A stretch of DNA of 64,000 bases from Aplysia californica (GCF_000002075.1 NW_004797437.1:696152-760151), one strand, 5' to 3'; shown: positions 37,901-48,690, counted from the first letter of the stretch. Translations and numbers: made by a program. Notes: a model not told the origin generated them from the sequence alone.

Positions 37901-40900
37901 AAAAATAAAAGTAGGACCTACCAGTGGTGCTCTTCAACCACACTTATGTTCAACAGTCCAACTGACACAGAATCATAATCTACACATCTTTGCTGTCGCA
38001 AACAATCCATACAAGTCCAAATTTTGATAATTTTTTAATTTTTACACCCTCCTATTGCTCTAACAAAGGTGCACCATTCAACATAATCAAAATGCAGTTA
38101 AATGCTTGAGCTTATAATTTTCTTGCATTTCATGATTTCTGATAGGAACAACACTCAGGTGTAAAAAGTACCCAAACAGGCATAAGTGGATTGCTCGAGA
38201 CAGCAACGACACAGAACTACATACGGGGATGATAAGAAAAACGTTTTGTTTTTAATCCTAAACTCACAAAATTACAATTCAAAAAGCAATATTTCAGTCA
38301 CTAACATTATGAGAAATAAGTGATGTATGGCACAATTGTCAAATTATGATTAAAGGAAAAAAACCTCATAAAACCATGGATGAGCAGACTTTCATGAATA
38401 AACTAGTTAAACAGAGAGCATGCACGATAATCTTAAATGAACAATTCATGACCACAATTAACAGTAATACTTACTAAGTAGAATGCGTAAGTCATTGTCA
38501 AACTCTTCAAATGTGTCTGCTCCACGCATGAAAGCAGCATAGGTTCCCTCACAATACTCGTATACAGTCTGCATAGAGAAAATAGTTAACTTAGATGTAA
38601 CATATGACTGAAGATCAAGTTATTCATATCTTCCGCGTTCACAAAATCCTGTTCCATGACTGACATACAAAGCAACAGAAAGAACTGATTCTCATTTCCG
38701 GGTAATATTTTCAAAGCATCTAACCAGTCATAAAATCTGTGCTTCTTTTGCAAAATAACACAAGCATACTCCTGTCTAATGTTTTCACAAAACCTTGCCT
38801 AACAGCAGTGTTTCCGTTCCAAATTTAATTAGAAAAACTTTTGAGCTTGAGTAAGGAGATTTTTTAGTTTAAGCAGAGGTTTTACTGCGCTCGCAACTGC
38901 ATACGGTCATATGAGCGCCAAGGGGGGGATGTCAACAGAGAAGTCCTCACAGGGAATCAGACTTACTCTGCTCACCTCTATAGCTTCAACAACACAAAGT
39001 CTGCTTTGACTATCAAGGCACCCCGGAAATAGCGGGTCACAAGAGCGTGACAAACATACAAAAGAAATAGAGGAAAATGACAATAGTAAGGATCTGGAAA
39101 AAAAAAAGCAGCAGTTCCCTATTGTAGTTCAGGCACAGTTATGAGCATGACATTGTTGAATCAGCCCATTTACAATTCTACTCTGCATAAGACCATGTTA
39201 ATATCCCCAGGGAATGGCCTAAAGACACTTCAGTCAGTGGCACTGCCCCAGGGGGTGTTGAGTAAGGAGAAGCACATCAACACAGCAATTATCTTCAAAA
39301 GCCTAAAACGTGTAGAAAACAACATAAAGATAAAATAAACACATAAGAGATAACAAAAGTGAATTGAAAAAATTCACAAGATAGGACAAAGAGAGAGTGA
39401 CATGAATACAGAAGATGAGAAAAATACTGTATTCAACATAAATGCATAATGAGATGAGAAATACAGTGAGCAACATGAATACACAAGATGAGAAATACAA
39501 AGAACAAAATAAATTCACCAGATGAGAAAAACAAATAACAGATTATATAAATATGTACCTGATCTTCTGACTTCACATCAAACTCCTCTCCATTGGCATC
39601 CCCAAATATAAATGCATCAATTCCTCCTTGACTGGGGATGTTACCTGCCATCTGGAGAAGCATGGAAATCCTTGTCATTTCATGAGAAAAAGCAAACCCA
39701 AACTAAAGCTGGCTAAAATCTTGAGCACTTACCAGTGTCGTGTTACATTCCTTTCCTTTCTGTACGCTTTTACTTTTAGGGGACAGATCTCGGGAAACAA
39801 AGGGCTGAGAAAATCCTGACATCAAAGGAAGTTTCCTTGTTATCCAAGTGTTGCATTTGATGATGTTCTTGACTGTCTGTTGTGATACTGGGTATTAGAT
39901 ATTGTGAATCATGTACCAATAGAAAATTATTTGCGTATTTCTGCATTGTACGAGAACTAGCCATTGTAATCCAAATTATCCCATTGGGATCAATATAAAT
40001 GGGTTTTAAGGGAGTTTTAAAAAAAGGATTTCCGCAGTACAAAAAGGTACCTCGATGAGATCGAGCATCCAAATGAGAGCACCAAGCAAGTGTGGCCAGG
40101 TATGAGGACTCCCCACAGAGTAAAGGTACGTCTTCGACAAACTGAAAGGGTATGCCATCATCTTGAGCACCCGAGGCACCTCTTCCTCCATCTTTGTAGC
40201 CATCTTGTAGCCAGGATGAAGCTTGCTGTAGATAAACTGGAAAAAAGAATGCAACAGAAGGAGGATAAAGAATTTTGGAGGACATAACTCTGGCTCTGGC
40301 TGAAGGAAAGAAACAAATAGCTTAGGTTTCTTAAGTACAAGAGAAAAGGTAAGGATGGATATTTACGGGGGAGGGAATTTAGCCCTTTCAACACCATAAC
40401 GATGTTTCTGATATGTCAAACAATTTCAGATTCTTCCACAGCTTGACGTACCGGGGAAAGCAAAAGACATAATATTGAAAAGGTTAACTTTTAACTTCAG
40501 CTCAGGAGTGTTTAACAAACAAATTACTGATGAGTGACATAAAAATGAAACGATAATTACTTTTGAAAACTTAGAAGAAGCGCAAACTGGGTTTTTTTAA
40601 TATACATCAAATTTGTAGCCCTTTACCTATAACCTGTGCTTCCACCACCAGCTGAAGCTGAAAAGTAAGGAAAATTCTGCAGGGGGTCCAGGGGGCTAAG
40701 CGCCCGAAGAAAATGAAATTTATTGCTTTTAGAGGGTTGAAAATGGCATTTGGGAGCCTGTTAGAAGAGATTGCCTGCAAACCATAACATTTATTTTTTC
40801 ACCAACATTTTGTCCTGTTTCATTTCTTCACCAAGATCTACATAATATATTTCCATTGATGGCTATGTTTAAAAGCAGGTTCCCCTTCAACTGCTACTAT

Positions 40901-43900
40901 ATTTTAATTAATTTGTCATCGCACCATTGAAAGAAGGCCAACCTGGGTATAATGAATAGATATGTACCTTCACAATAGTTACCCGGCGTATACCCTAATT
41001 TTTCTTAAATTTCACGCCTGAATGTCGCATATCACAACCTCGGAATCCCACTTCAAATTATTCTTGACTTTAGTAGTTTTAGGCTGGTTTTAGAATAAAT
41101 TTCTTTCATCGTGGCCCTTATCACGTTTCCGTGCCGTAAAATCTTCGTATTGATCATTTCTCTAGATCTAGAAAAATTTGTAAAAAAGTTTCTTTCTGAC
41201 AGTAATTTTCTGGCTAAGATCACAAGTCAATTTACTTGATCAACGCACAGATCTTCCAGCCGCGGCAACAATCCGAAGATAGACAGACGGAATGAGGGAA
41301 TGATAGAAAGGAGGAAATTGGCACAAAAAGTTCGCCAGATTTTGATCAACCTACAGGTAAAAATGTACTGCCAACAAGCCAGCAATGAATGCATGGGGCA
41401 TAGCGGAATAATGGCCAATTGCAGGAAATGCGCCATCTGGCCGGTTTCTATAACATTAACTTATTACAGAGAGAATTACCATAAATATCCGTAACTTATA
41501 CTAGTACTAGACGATACGAAGGCGAGTACGGATCTTTTGCTACGGAATTTCGGTAGTCCTACTCTGTGGCAGCTTTTTACGGACGGAGTTGAAAAAGATG
41601 GAGGAACAAGTACGGAATTGGCAGAAAGTACGGATTTCCGTAAAAATACGGAAGAGTGGAAGCACTGTATAACAAAAGCTGTTGCCATTTCAATTCAAGG
41701 TAACCTTTGATGCCCACAAACTTATTCTTACAGATTAAGCATCTCTTGGCCATAGCTAGCTGTAACTGTAAATTAAAAGAGTGGGTCTCAGTTCCACAAA
41801 GACATTCTTTTAAATTTAAGTTACAAGAAAAAATAATAGTTATAGTTACATTGACGGCAACCTGCATAGAAACACAAAAGATTCTGTTTTCCTGTTTCAA
41901 TAATTAGAGGGATGGGAAAGGTAGAAAAGTCACTAATCAAAGCAAATGATAGAAGAAAAATACTCACAGCAAAAATCTTGAAGAAGTCCTTGCTTGTTGG
42001 AGAAACCAACAGTTTTTGCGAGACAGCATGAGGATAGTTGTTGGCCATAAGAAACTGAAACAGTTGCAATGAATTCTTCATGAGGTCAAAAGAGAATAAA
42101 AAGAGAAAAGCATACAAATCAATTTTTTTTAAACCTCTTCCATTAGAAGTATCTATATTCTATCAGAGGTAACAATGTCCCATCAGAACAATATTCTATC
42201 AAAGGTTACAATAATCCATTTAAAATAATAAAATATTCCATTACAAGTAACAGTATTACAGGAGCATTAACATTCTGTTGAAATAATTCTATCAGAGGTA
42301 ATCAGGAAACCAGCATTTGATCAGAAACAATATGTTCTTTTTCAAGTAACTTTATCAAAAGTAACAATATTCTATTAGAGGAACGTGTATTCTATCACAA
42401 ATAACAGCATTCTGTGAGAAGTAACAAAATGTTAATCTATGAAAGTCAACAAAGATTTTAAATTCAAATGTGAAGAAAAAGCCTGGTTGTAACATACGTG
42501 AACTATTATGTCTAGATTTCTTGAGCACGCATACCTCTAGTAACTGCCTTATACATTGATTGTGGTACTTTTTGTCAGAAATGGGACGTGGATCTTTCGG
42601 AACATCTGTCCTCCCACGAACTCCAATTCCACTTGAAGGACGTCTGTGTTTTAAAAAAAAACTATTTTAAACAACCCCACATATTAATGGTTAAATGGTG
42701 AAATGGTATAGGTATTTACGCCCCCTATCAACACTGTTAGGTTATTTAAGAGGCGGGACCTCAGAGTACAACATCCAACTCCGAAAAAACAGAGCAAAGT
42801 GGGAAATTTGTGTAAAGTGCCTTTCCTAAGGATACAACATCGGACCGAGCTGAGGCTCAAACCCCCCCCCGAACCCACAATCTCATGATTACGAGTCCGG
42901 TACCCTAGCCTCTAGGCCACCGACGCTACTACATTTTAATAGAAATCCTTAAATTAAGTTGCAAAAACTGACAGGATCAGGTGCCAAAAACTTTTGAACA
43001 GCTGTACCTGACACTGATAAATGTCGCGTGCACAAAGCGAACAAAAGAATAAAAGATATAAGACAAACAAGTGTTGAGATACAAACTTATAGATGTAGGT
43101 AAAAGCATGCATGGTGAGAACCCTAAAAATCACATTGTACTCGTACCATGCAGATATCCTTTCTTTAGCCAAAGTGACTCTCACGGGTGTCTAAAAATGA
43201 GTACATCTCTAACTCTGATAAGTCTCTGATAAAGACAGAAGTTTGTTGTCAATGATTAATGGATTTAATAAAAACAAGTCACTGAAAAGGAAGGACAGAC
43301 AGAATGATCAAAGGAATGAATGAATCTGAGGGCACAGCCATGGGACAAAAAGACTGATCTTCTCTCACCGATGGAAGCGCAAAATTTGTCAGTCATTCGC
43401 AATCCATAGCTCTTAGGTGACATTCATACTTTTCAGCCATATTCTAAAAGTAAGTTATTCACTAATACATCCATAAATACTTCCACCTGTCTTTAATCAA
43501 TTATAATTAGTGTGATGTAATGCTTTGTGTAATGACAGATGGCAAGTTGGTAAAACCGACACATTTATTCTACTCTATTCTGTACATTGTTTTGTCTGTG
43601 CAACATCTAGGGATGGTACAGAAAAAAAACTCCCAACAAATCCCCCAGATACTTTTCTCAACATGAACTCCATAACAACCAAGCTGTAATAAAAGCTTGA
43701 ACACTGAATGGAAGCAACACAATTACATGACCTAGAAAAAGAAAAATAATAAAACATAATATTTTCTGTAAAATCTTTTACGCAGCATCAATTCTCCTTG
43801 ACCACAATTTCCCATCATCTTACATTGCTGTGTAAAACCAGTACTTTCCTTACCCCGATTTAGGCAAAAAAGACAACTGACTTCCTCCAGGCTTGTAACT

Positions 43901-44077
43901 GCTCACACCAATGGAACTTCGTGGTGCAAATGACAAACTCCTACTCTTTGTTTTGTCTTTTCCCTGAGTTGACTTCCGTCCACCGCGTTGACTCGTGTTG
44001 CTGTTTTCGTGACGGACTCGGAGTGGAGCCCCTGATGCCAAAGACGGCCTTCCTCCACCAAACGACGACTTCCTCAT
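26037..44077 (-). CDS. NDC80: Kinetochore protein NDC80/HEC1, 15 coding exons, 1938 nt, 645 aa
   Basis: complement join(43854..44077,42535..42643,41968..42054,40051..40236,39559..39651,38475..38568,36960..37048,36033..36177,34051..34256,30477..30623,29355..29444,28387..28479,27763..27902,27013..27115,26037..26168). All GT-AG and phase-consistent. Basic Ser-rich tail, KDPRP, CH domain (EEEVPRVLKMMAYPF..SVGSPHTWPHLLGALIWM), FMRGADTFEE, loop (YNRLAIVLKLVPETAELANGIDF), long coiled coil. Confidence 0.94.
27013..27115 (-). CDS. NDC80: NDC80 coding exon 14
   Basis: LEGRRQEASKELSDLQELKKKVTEAVTAHKEIFK; tgcag / GTATGG. Confidence 0.88.
27763..27902 (-). CDS. NDC80: NDC80 coding exon 13
   Basis: MIHSDKKSVSSEMESVQQDLAQRESERAALEAARTEAEKDYKEAHR; tttcag / GTAAGT. 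Confidence 0.87.
28387..28479 (-). CDS. NDC80: NDC80 coding exon 12
   Basis: LEESVHEQTEQMVQQEKKLASLEGEINSVKQ; ttgtag / GTAGTA. Confidence 0.88.
29355..29444 (-). CDS. NDC80: NDC80 coding exon 11
   Basis: PMLKSIKNECMEEARRKDKEMFQLQCELEK; ccacag / GTAATA. Confidence 0.9.
29750..30160 (-). mobile_element. Retroposon family A copy
   Basis: Colinear with 38860-39257. Confidence 0.8.
30477..30623 (-). CDS. NDC80: NDC80 coding exon 10 (loop region)
   Basis: VENEVATYNRLAIVLKLVPETAELANGIDFRL..; accag / GTTTGG. Confidence 0.93.
32359..32458. other. Assembly gap (100 N); further gaps 62295-62493 and 62647-62843
   Basis: N runs. Confidence 1.
32459..32615 (-). mobile_element. RTE LINE 3' end with (GAT)n tail abutting an assembly gap
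   Basis: TWNNIKREAQER.. RTE C-terminal-like translation; (ATC)n at 32459-32482. Confidence 0.6.
32702..32845 (+). CDS. TMIE: Isolated TMIE-like (transmembrane inner ear protein) internal exon, antisense inside an NDC80 intron; gene or pseudo-exon
   Basis: cttccaccag acceptor, CAG|GTAAGT donor, 144 nt, phase 1-1, open frame VIVCCCHDFRVPRTRHEIEENYRKCMMNKQYLQILERRPDELLRKQP. Resembles the TMIE core (CC..CRVPRTRKEIEARY..RK..Y..LE) from memory. No other TMIE exon found in the window. Confidence 0.65.
32999..33431. mobile_element. Tc1/mariner (pogo/Tigger-type) MITE, TA TSD; partial inverted copy ~22765-23107
   Basis: TA|CAGTGGAAACC ... GGTTTCCACTG|TA. Confidence 0.85.
34051..34256 (-). CDS. NDC80: NDC80 coding exon 9
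   Basis: ..QCQDLTPSDVDRLKAEQARL..DADNWKV..; cctcag / GTAAGT. Confidence 0.92.
34675..35068 (+). mobile_element. Retroposon family A copy
   Basis: TSD ACARCTGTTTTC (34663-34674/35069-35080); same 5' end ACCCCCGGGGCGGTGCC and same 3' hairpin/tail. Confidence 0.85.
35417..35890. mobile_element. TA-flanked MITE inserted in a SINE; partial copy ~30850-31235
   Basis: TIR CTGTAAGGTATCGAATA / TATTCGATACCTTACGG (16/17). Confidence 0.8.
36033..36177 (-). CDS. NDC80: NDC80 coding exon 8
   Basis: EWILKLREGIACLKQDEQTTLQYLENLEKF..; ttaag / GTGAGT. Confidence 0.88.
36960..37048 (-). CDS. NDC80: NDC80 coding exon 7
   Basis: QKYQGENMESMVEENRRLESELELVEQNE; tttcag / GTGAGA. Confidence 0.88.
37521..37703 (-). 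mobile_element. Short retroposon family B (~185 bp) sharing the 3' hairpin with family A; copies ~27545-27710 and ~26205-26318
   Basis: TSD GGGTGTTTTCT (37510-37520/37704-37714); same GGCGCTCATATGACCTTATGCAGTTGCGAGCGCCGTAAAA end. Confidence 0.8.
38475..38568 (-). CDS. NDC80: NDC80 coding exon 6
   Basis: TVYEYCEGTYAAFMRGADTFEEFDNDLRILL; tgcag / GTAAGT. Confidence 0.93.
38860..39257 (-). mobile_element. Short non-tRNA retroposon family A (~400 bp)
   Basis: Perfect 13-bp TSD TTGAGTAAGGAGA (38847-38859/39258-39270); 3' hairpin GGCGCTC..GAGCGC and CTAAA-like tail; homologous to 34675-35068 and ~29750-30160. Confidence 0.85.
39559..39651 (-). CDS. NDC80: NDC80 coding exon 5
   Basis: MAGNIPSQGGIDAFIFGDANGEEFDVKSEDQ; ctccag / GTACAT. 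Confidence 0.88.
40051..40236 (-). CDS. NDC80: NDC80 coding exon 4 (CH domain core)
   Basis: KMEEEVPRVLKMMAYPFSLSKTYLYSVGSPHTWPHLLGALIWMLDLIE. Confidence 0.96.
40634..41667. mobile_element. hAT-like non-autonomous element
   Basis: TIR C(T/A)GTGCTTCCAC / GTGGAAGCACTG, flanking direct repeat TATAAC, subterminal TACGGA repeats. Confidence 0.55.
41968..42054 (-). CDS. NDC80: NDC80 coding exon 3
   Basis: FLMANNYPHAVSQKLLVSPTSKDFFKIFA; tttcag / GTGAGT. Confidence 0.94.
42140..42430. repeat. Degenerate ~20-bp tandem repeat (TATTCTATCAGAGGTAACAA)
   Basis: Direct inspection. Confidence 0.65.
42535..42643 (-). CDS. NDC80: NDC80 coding exon 2 (KDPRPISDKKYHNQCIRQLLE)
   Basis: KDPRP signature; acag acceptor, GAG|GTATGC donor. 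Confidence 0.94.
42689..42930 (-). mobile_element. tRNA-derived SINE; second copy 35220-35908 (split by MITE), fragments ~24225-24262 and ~30650-30720
   Basis: A box TGGCCTAGAGG, B-box-like GGTTCG/GTTTGAGCC, core TGTATCCTTAGGAAAGGCACTT, (CCATTT)n tail; TSD ACATWTTAAT (42679-42688/42931-42940); copy 2 TSD ACTCAYAAATARAAAA. Confidence 0.8.
43854..44077 (-). CDS. NDC80: NDC80 coding exon 1 (N-terminal tail MRKSSFGGGRPSL..)
   Basis: ATG 44077; acceptor before 44111; donor GG|GTAAGG; many RxS/T Aurora-B-type sites. Confidence 0.85.
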
Positions 44078-45643
44078 ATTCTTCTCAGCTTCCCACACTA
44101 TTAATAATGACCTAAAGGAACAAAGATAAATTTTTTAAAGTGTAAGCTAAAGAAGAACAAAAAAGGGGGGTGGGGGTTAACAATCAATAATTTGATGTTT
44201 TGCAATTAGGTTAGGTTTGAAATTTTTTTGTCATAAAAATGATTTGCAAGTTTTAGTGGTCATATATGTGTGTTCTGCAGCAAAAATTACTGCAGTTTGA
44301 CCTCCAAATCAGAGCATCTGAGCGAGGGAGTGAAAGTAAATCTTTACCTTATATCAAAATCTTAATTTAGTGTCTCAGCTAAGTTTACAAGTAGACAAGG
44401 CCTAAGTTGGCCTAGTCTTCAGTGAGTAGGGCTGGGCAAGATGAAATGTCTAGCCTTCCACTTCTAGACTTTTGTGACCAGTTTGAGTAAAATAAAGAGA
44501 AGCACATCAGCACCATTTAGGCCTATGTAACATTCAAATAACAACAGTGCAGAAAAAGGCAACACAGATATTAGATCCCATGAAGCTACAGAAAGCACCT
44601 AGCACACCTCTGTGATTGGCCCTTCGGAGAAATAGAGCTGGCCAGAAAAAAAGACCTAAATCTAGATCTACTCATGCCAGTTGGCACCCTCCTACCGATA
44701 TATGGCGGATTATCCCCAATATATTATACTCCTAGTCAGTCCAAAGAATACCAGTCATTTCGTCACACCGGTGTAGTCAAGACGTCACAGTCATCTCGTC
44801 ACACTCCAAATCCACATGGTTGAATGGAGACGGTCATTTCATAGCACACTCGCGAACATCAAACATGCATTGTCATGATGGAAATTGCTCACGATTTTTG
44901 GGAGAGGGTTGTAAGGGTTGGGGCTGTGTGTGGAAGGATGGGAGGGGGCGGCTGTACGAGTCGTCGAGCCCACCTGATCAGCTACACCGTTCATTAATAT
45001 GTAGGCCTATTGACAATGAAATCTATCGAGTCAGATCAACAACACTTTTAAGTATTATTGGCGAAAGGTGTGGTTGGCAAGATCATATTAGTTATGTTAG
45101 AAATAAATTAGAATAGAAATTAATGTACGGTACTGCAATTTTGCTGAAAGCTAGACCCTTACTTTCAAACAAAGCCTTATTAACTCTTTACCAGACATTA
45201 TCGTTTCAAAGTGATTATTTCTCCGAATGCTCAGGAAAATAAACTTCATCTCTATTTCTCCGACCTGTTTCCGATATCGAGATTTTGGGGTCATTAGCGA
45301 GATTTAGGCGTCATCTCTCCTTCTGCCATTCTGCGAGGACTGGGAAGAAGCTTTTTTTGCATCGAATTCAATTTCTAGAGATTTAAAAATTTTTTTAATG
45401 TCTGAATATTCACATACTTCAGTTGTGATTGGGGCCACGTACCCGGCTATACTTCATTTGAAAATGCATTCAAAGGGTACTGCCAGAATTTGCATTTAGT
45501 CACCCCTAAATCTAAAGCAAAAACCAAAATCCTTCACGTAAACAAAAAAAAATCCCTTCACGCCCCCGTTCACACCTTACACACGCGAGCCACTCCATTC
45601 GCAAATTATAAACAAATCTCGAGAATGGAAACCGTGCAGAGAA

Positions 45644-47546
45644 CGAAGTGACTATTCGAATAGACAAAAATTATATTCGGACTCTGAATTGAGCCCAGCA
45701 TGACGTCTGTTCCAACTTCCAACCTCCAACCCTTGTTCCTAAATATTTCCAGTATAAATTAAGAAAATTGTTCGCCTTTTCTCCATTATAGGCCTTGATA
45801 ACAATCGAGACGTGAGTTTAAATATCCAGTTACTAGGTCTATTTAAACTGGCCCTCCGTGCATCATTAGTATGAACAGAACAACAAAGTTGAGTCAACTT
45901 TGCCCCAGGCAAAGTTAATTATGTCGACCAATGAGACTGCGCATAGCGATCACGCACTCTCGGCCTGCTGTGGGAAGAGGTGTTGGTAAGAGGCCACGGC
46001 TGTCGATTGTGTGCGATGTGATTTTAAAAAAAAATTAATTACAGAAACGGAGTGTCTACGTACATGGTAACTGGGCACCTAGTCTCAGTATCTACGTACA
46101 CGGTAACTGGGCACCTAGTCTCAGTATCTACGTACATGGTAACCGGAATGAAAATAAATCAATATTTGTCCTGTGCTGTCACTTGCTGAAAAAAAAGAGT
46201 TGTACAAGCGTCTTGTCGGGCTTGCCACTGTGACCGGTCAGTGAACCTGTGCGTGCGCATCACATTGTGAGTCCCCGCTTGGGGTCACCAAAGTTCATTC
46301 AAAGTATGTGCACTGCAAAGTATAGGGCTCCGGAATAGGGGGATTATTTATTTTTTTAAAAGGTCAGTCAGGGGAGGGGTGGGGATGAAGGCAACACCGG
46401 ATGACAAAAACTGAACTTGGAGTTCTGAACTGCCTGGTTACCGTGTTCGTGACATTGAGACTACGTACCCGGTTGCCGGTTACCATGTACGTAGATATTG
46501 AGGCTACATGCCCGGTTACCGTGTACATGACACTGAGACTACGTACCCGGTTGCCGGTTACCATGTACGTAGATATTGAGGCTACATGCCCGGTTACCGT
46601 GTACATGACACTGAGACTACGTGCCCGGTTGCCGTGTACGTAGATATTGAGGCTACATGCCCGGTTACCGTGTACATGACACTGAGACTACGTGCCCGGT
46701 TGCCGGTTACCATGTACGTAGATATTGAGGCTACATGCCCGGTTACCGTGTACATGACACTGAGACTACGTGCCCGGTTGCCGTGTACGTAGATATTGAG
46801 GCTACATGCCCGGTTACCGTGTACATGACACTGAGACTACGTGCCCGGTTGCCGGTTACCGTGTACGTAGATATTGAGGCTACATGCCCGGTTACCGTGT
46901 ACATGACACTGAGACTAAGTGCCCGGTTGCCGTGTACGTAGATATTGAGGCTACATGCCCGGTTACCGTGTACATGACACTGAGACTACGTGCCCGGTTG
47001 CCGGTTACCGTGTACGTAGATATTGAGGCTACATGCCCGGTTACCGTGTACATGACACTGAGACTACGTGCCCGGTTGCCGGTTACCGTGTACGTAGACA
47101 CTGAGACTAGGTGCCCAGTTACCGTGTACGTAGACAATCCGTTACAGAAAAACTATAACACAACAAAATGAAATTAAATATGTGGAAAGACAAATGGTGG
47201 TGGAAGTAATGATGATGTTGTAGTGGTGGTGGAAAGTGAGTTGTCGGTTACCGTGTACTTACATTACTGCCATTGGGCAAAGAGAGTGCAGTCTTTTGGC
47301 TTTTGGCACAATTACACAGTCGTAGTGGGTAATTAGTTCTAATTCTGGTTTTACGTAAAATCCCATGAAGACAGCTATTTTTATGTAACCTCCTTACACT
47401 CACATTTATAACTCACTTAGAAGCTGAGTGCGAATAAATAAAACATTTTTTTCGGACCCGACGTACGAATAGATAAAACCTATATTCCGACTCGAGTCCG
47501 AATAGATAAAAAATCTTATCGGACTCGAGTCCGAATAGAGCTGGCC
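45644..47546. mobile_element. Level-3 nested Mutator-like element (TSD TKCAGAGAA); inverted relative ~49470-49985
   Basis: TSD 45635-45643/47547-47555; CGAAGTG..GGCC ends; TATTCGGACTCGAGTCCGAATA-type palindromes. Confidence 0.8.
46048..47141. mobile_element. Level-4 nested fold-back element with tandem-repeat TIRs (TSD TTACAGAAA)
   Basis: Perfect TSD 46039-46047/47142-47150; TIR CGGAKTGTCTACGTAC; 36/42-bp subunit array 46430-47137. Confidence 0.88.
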
Positions 47547-48690
47547 TTCAGAGAAATAGAGTTCAAGTTTATTTTCCTGAGCGTTCGGAGAAATAGAGCC
47601 GACCTTATTGTTTTTTTGCCTTATTTTAAAAACTAAGCCTTTTGTTCAGCTATGGAACAGTTTAAACAAAGATTTAATTTGCATTAATAATTTATATAAC
47701 TTCAAACAAAGCTTTAACTTTAGATTTTTTAGTCTTTTAGTCTTTAGATCTAGGCTGATCCTCCAAAACTACTAGATCTAGATCTAGCATGGCTACCTAT
47801 AGACTTTAGATCTAGATCTAGGCCTAACAATTTTGGAGAGAAGATATTAAGCCAAGTCATCTCGTAGATGACCGGTTACCAGTCCAAACACCCGTTACAG
47901 TGGGGTACTGTTTTGATGACAAAGTACAAAACAACCACACACTGACACTGTGACAAAAAAAGTACAAGATCTAGTCTAGTATTTTTTTACTTTCCCTCCC
48001 GTCTCACACTTACTTACCAGTTGTCCATTTTCTGCTAAATATTGATGCGCTGAACAAGAATATCAATTTCATTTCCATCGCAAATAATAGTTTTTGAAAT
48101 ATATATCTGATTGTTCTTATCAACAACCGATTACGTCAGGCGTGCCGGGCAGGCCGCCGGGGTCACTCAGTGTGTACTGTTGGTGTACAGCGCGCGCGCC
48201 AGGAAACGTGTGTTTTCGCCATGAATACCGTGGGAGTGTGTTAATCGATGATGAAAATAATGCTCTATCTTTCATATCTTTCTACTTATAAAGTGTTACA
48301 AACACATGAATAACCCCCTCTCACAAGCTGATATGACATTACGAGTTACGCCCATTCGAATAACCTTTCTGGACGCTCTTGTTGTTATGAATGACCTGAG
48401 GTTCGAAAGGGGATAATAATATAGGTCAATTTCCGAATGTTTTACACTCAAATTGTTCTTTGTACCTGCACAATGGTATTCTTAACTATCAAACAAGCTT
48501 CTATTTTTTATCAGGTAGTATCATTTCATACAAAATCAAGCTCATTTGAAAGATTTTGTATAGAAAAATGGAAGTCTTGTCTCCTGACTACCCTTTCGAG
48601 CTCCTCATGTCTAAATTTCTTCCATAATTTCATTGGACAAACATCTACAGAGCTACCAACTTGGCGTGTTTTGAATGAGACCTATGCCTC

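Larger units (their letters stand above)
45207..47604. mobile_element. Level-2 nested Mutator-like element (TSD TTATYGTTT); relative ~58620-59282
   Basis: TSD 45198-45206/47605-47613; subterminal IR TATTTCTCCGAA..GGAAAATAAACTT. Confidence 0.8.
44746..47879. mobile_element. Level-1 Mutator-like element (9-bp TSD CAGTCCAAA); uninterrupted inverted relative ~57075-57603
   Basis: TSD 44737-44745/47880-47888; TIR ..ACCAGTCATTT / GATGACCGGTTAC; its halves (44746-45206, 47605-47879) are contiguous in the 57-kb copy. Confidence 0.75.

Noticed and set aside
43369-43415. Possible extra NDC80 exon ending at a GTGAGA donor
   Set aside because: Weak acceptors; candidate phases give a stop or a frameshift; exons 1 and 2 join in frame without it.
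46430-47137. CRISPR-like regular repeat
   Set aside because: No unique spacers; pure tandem satellite in a eukaryotic genome.
46364-47171. Repetitive ORFs (..CPVTVYMTLRLRARLP..)
   Set aside because: Translations of the 36/42-bp tandem array in a fold-back TIR; no splice context, frameshifts between units.
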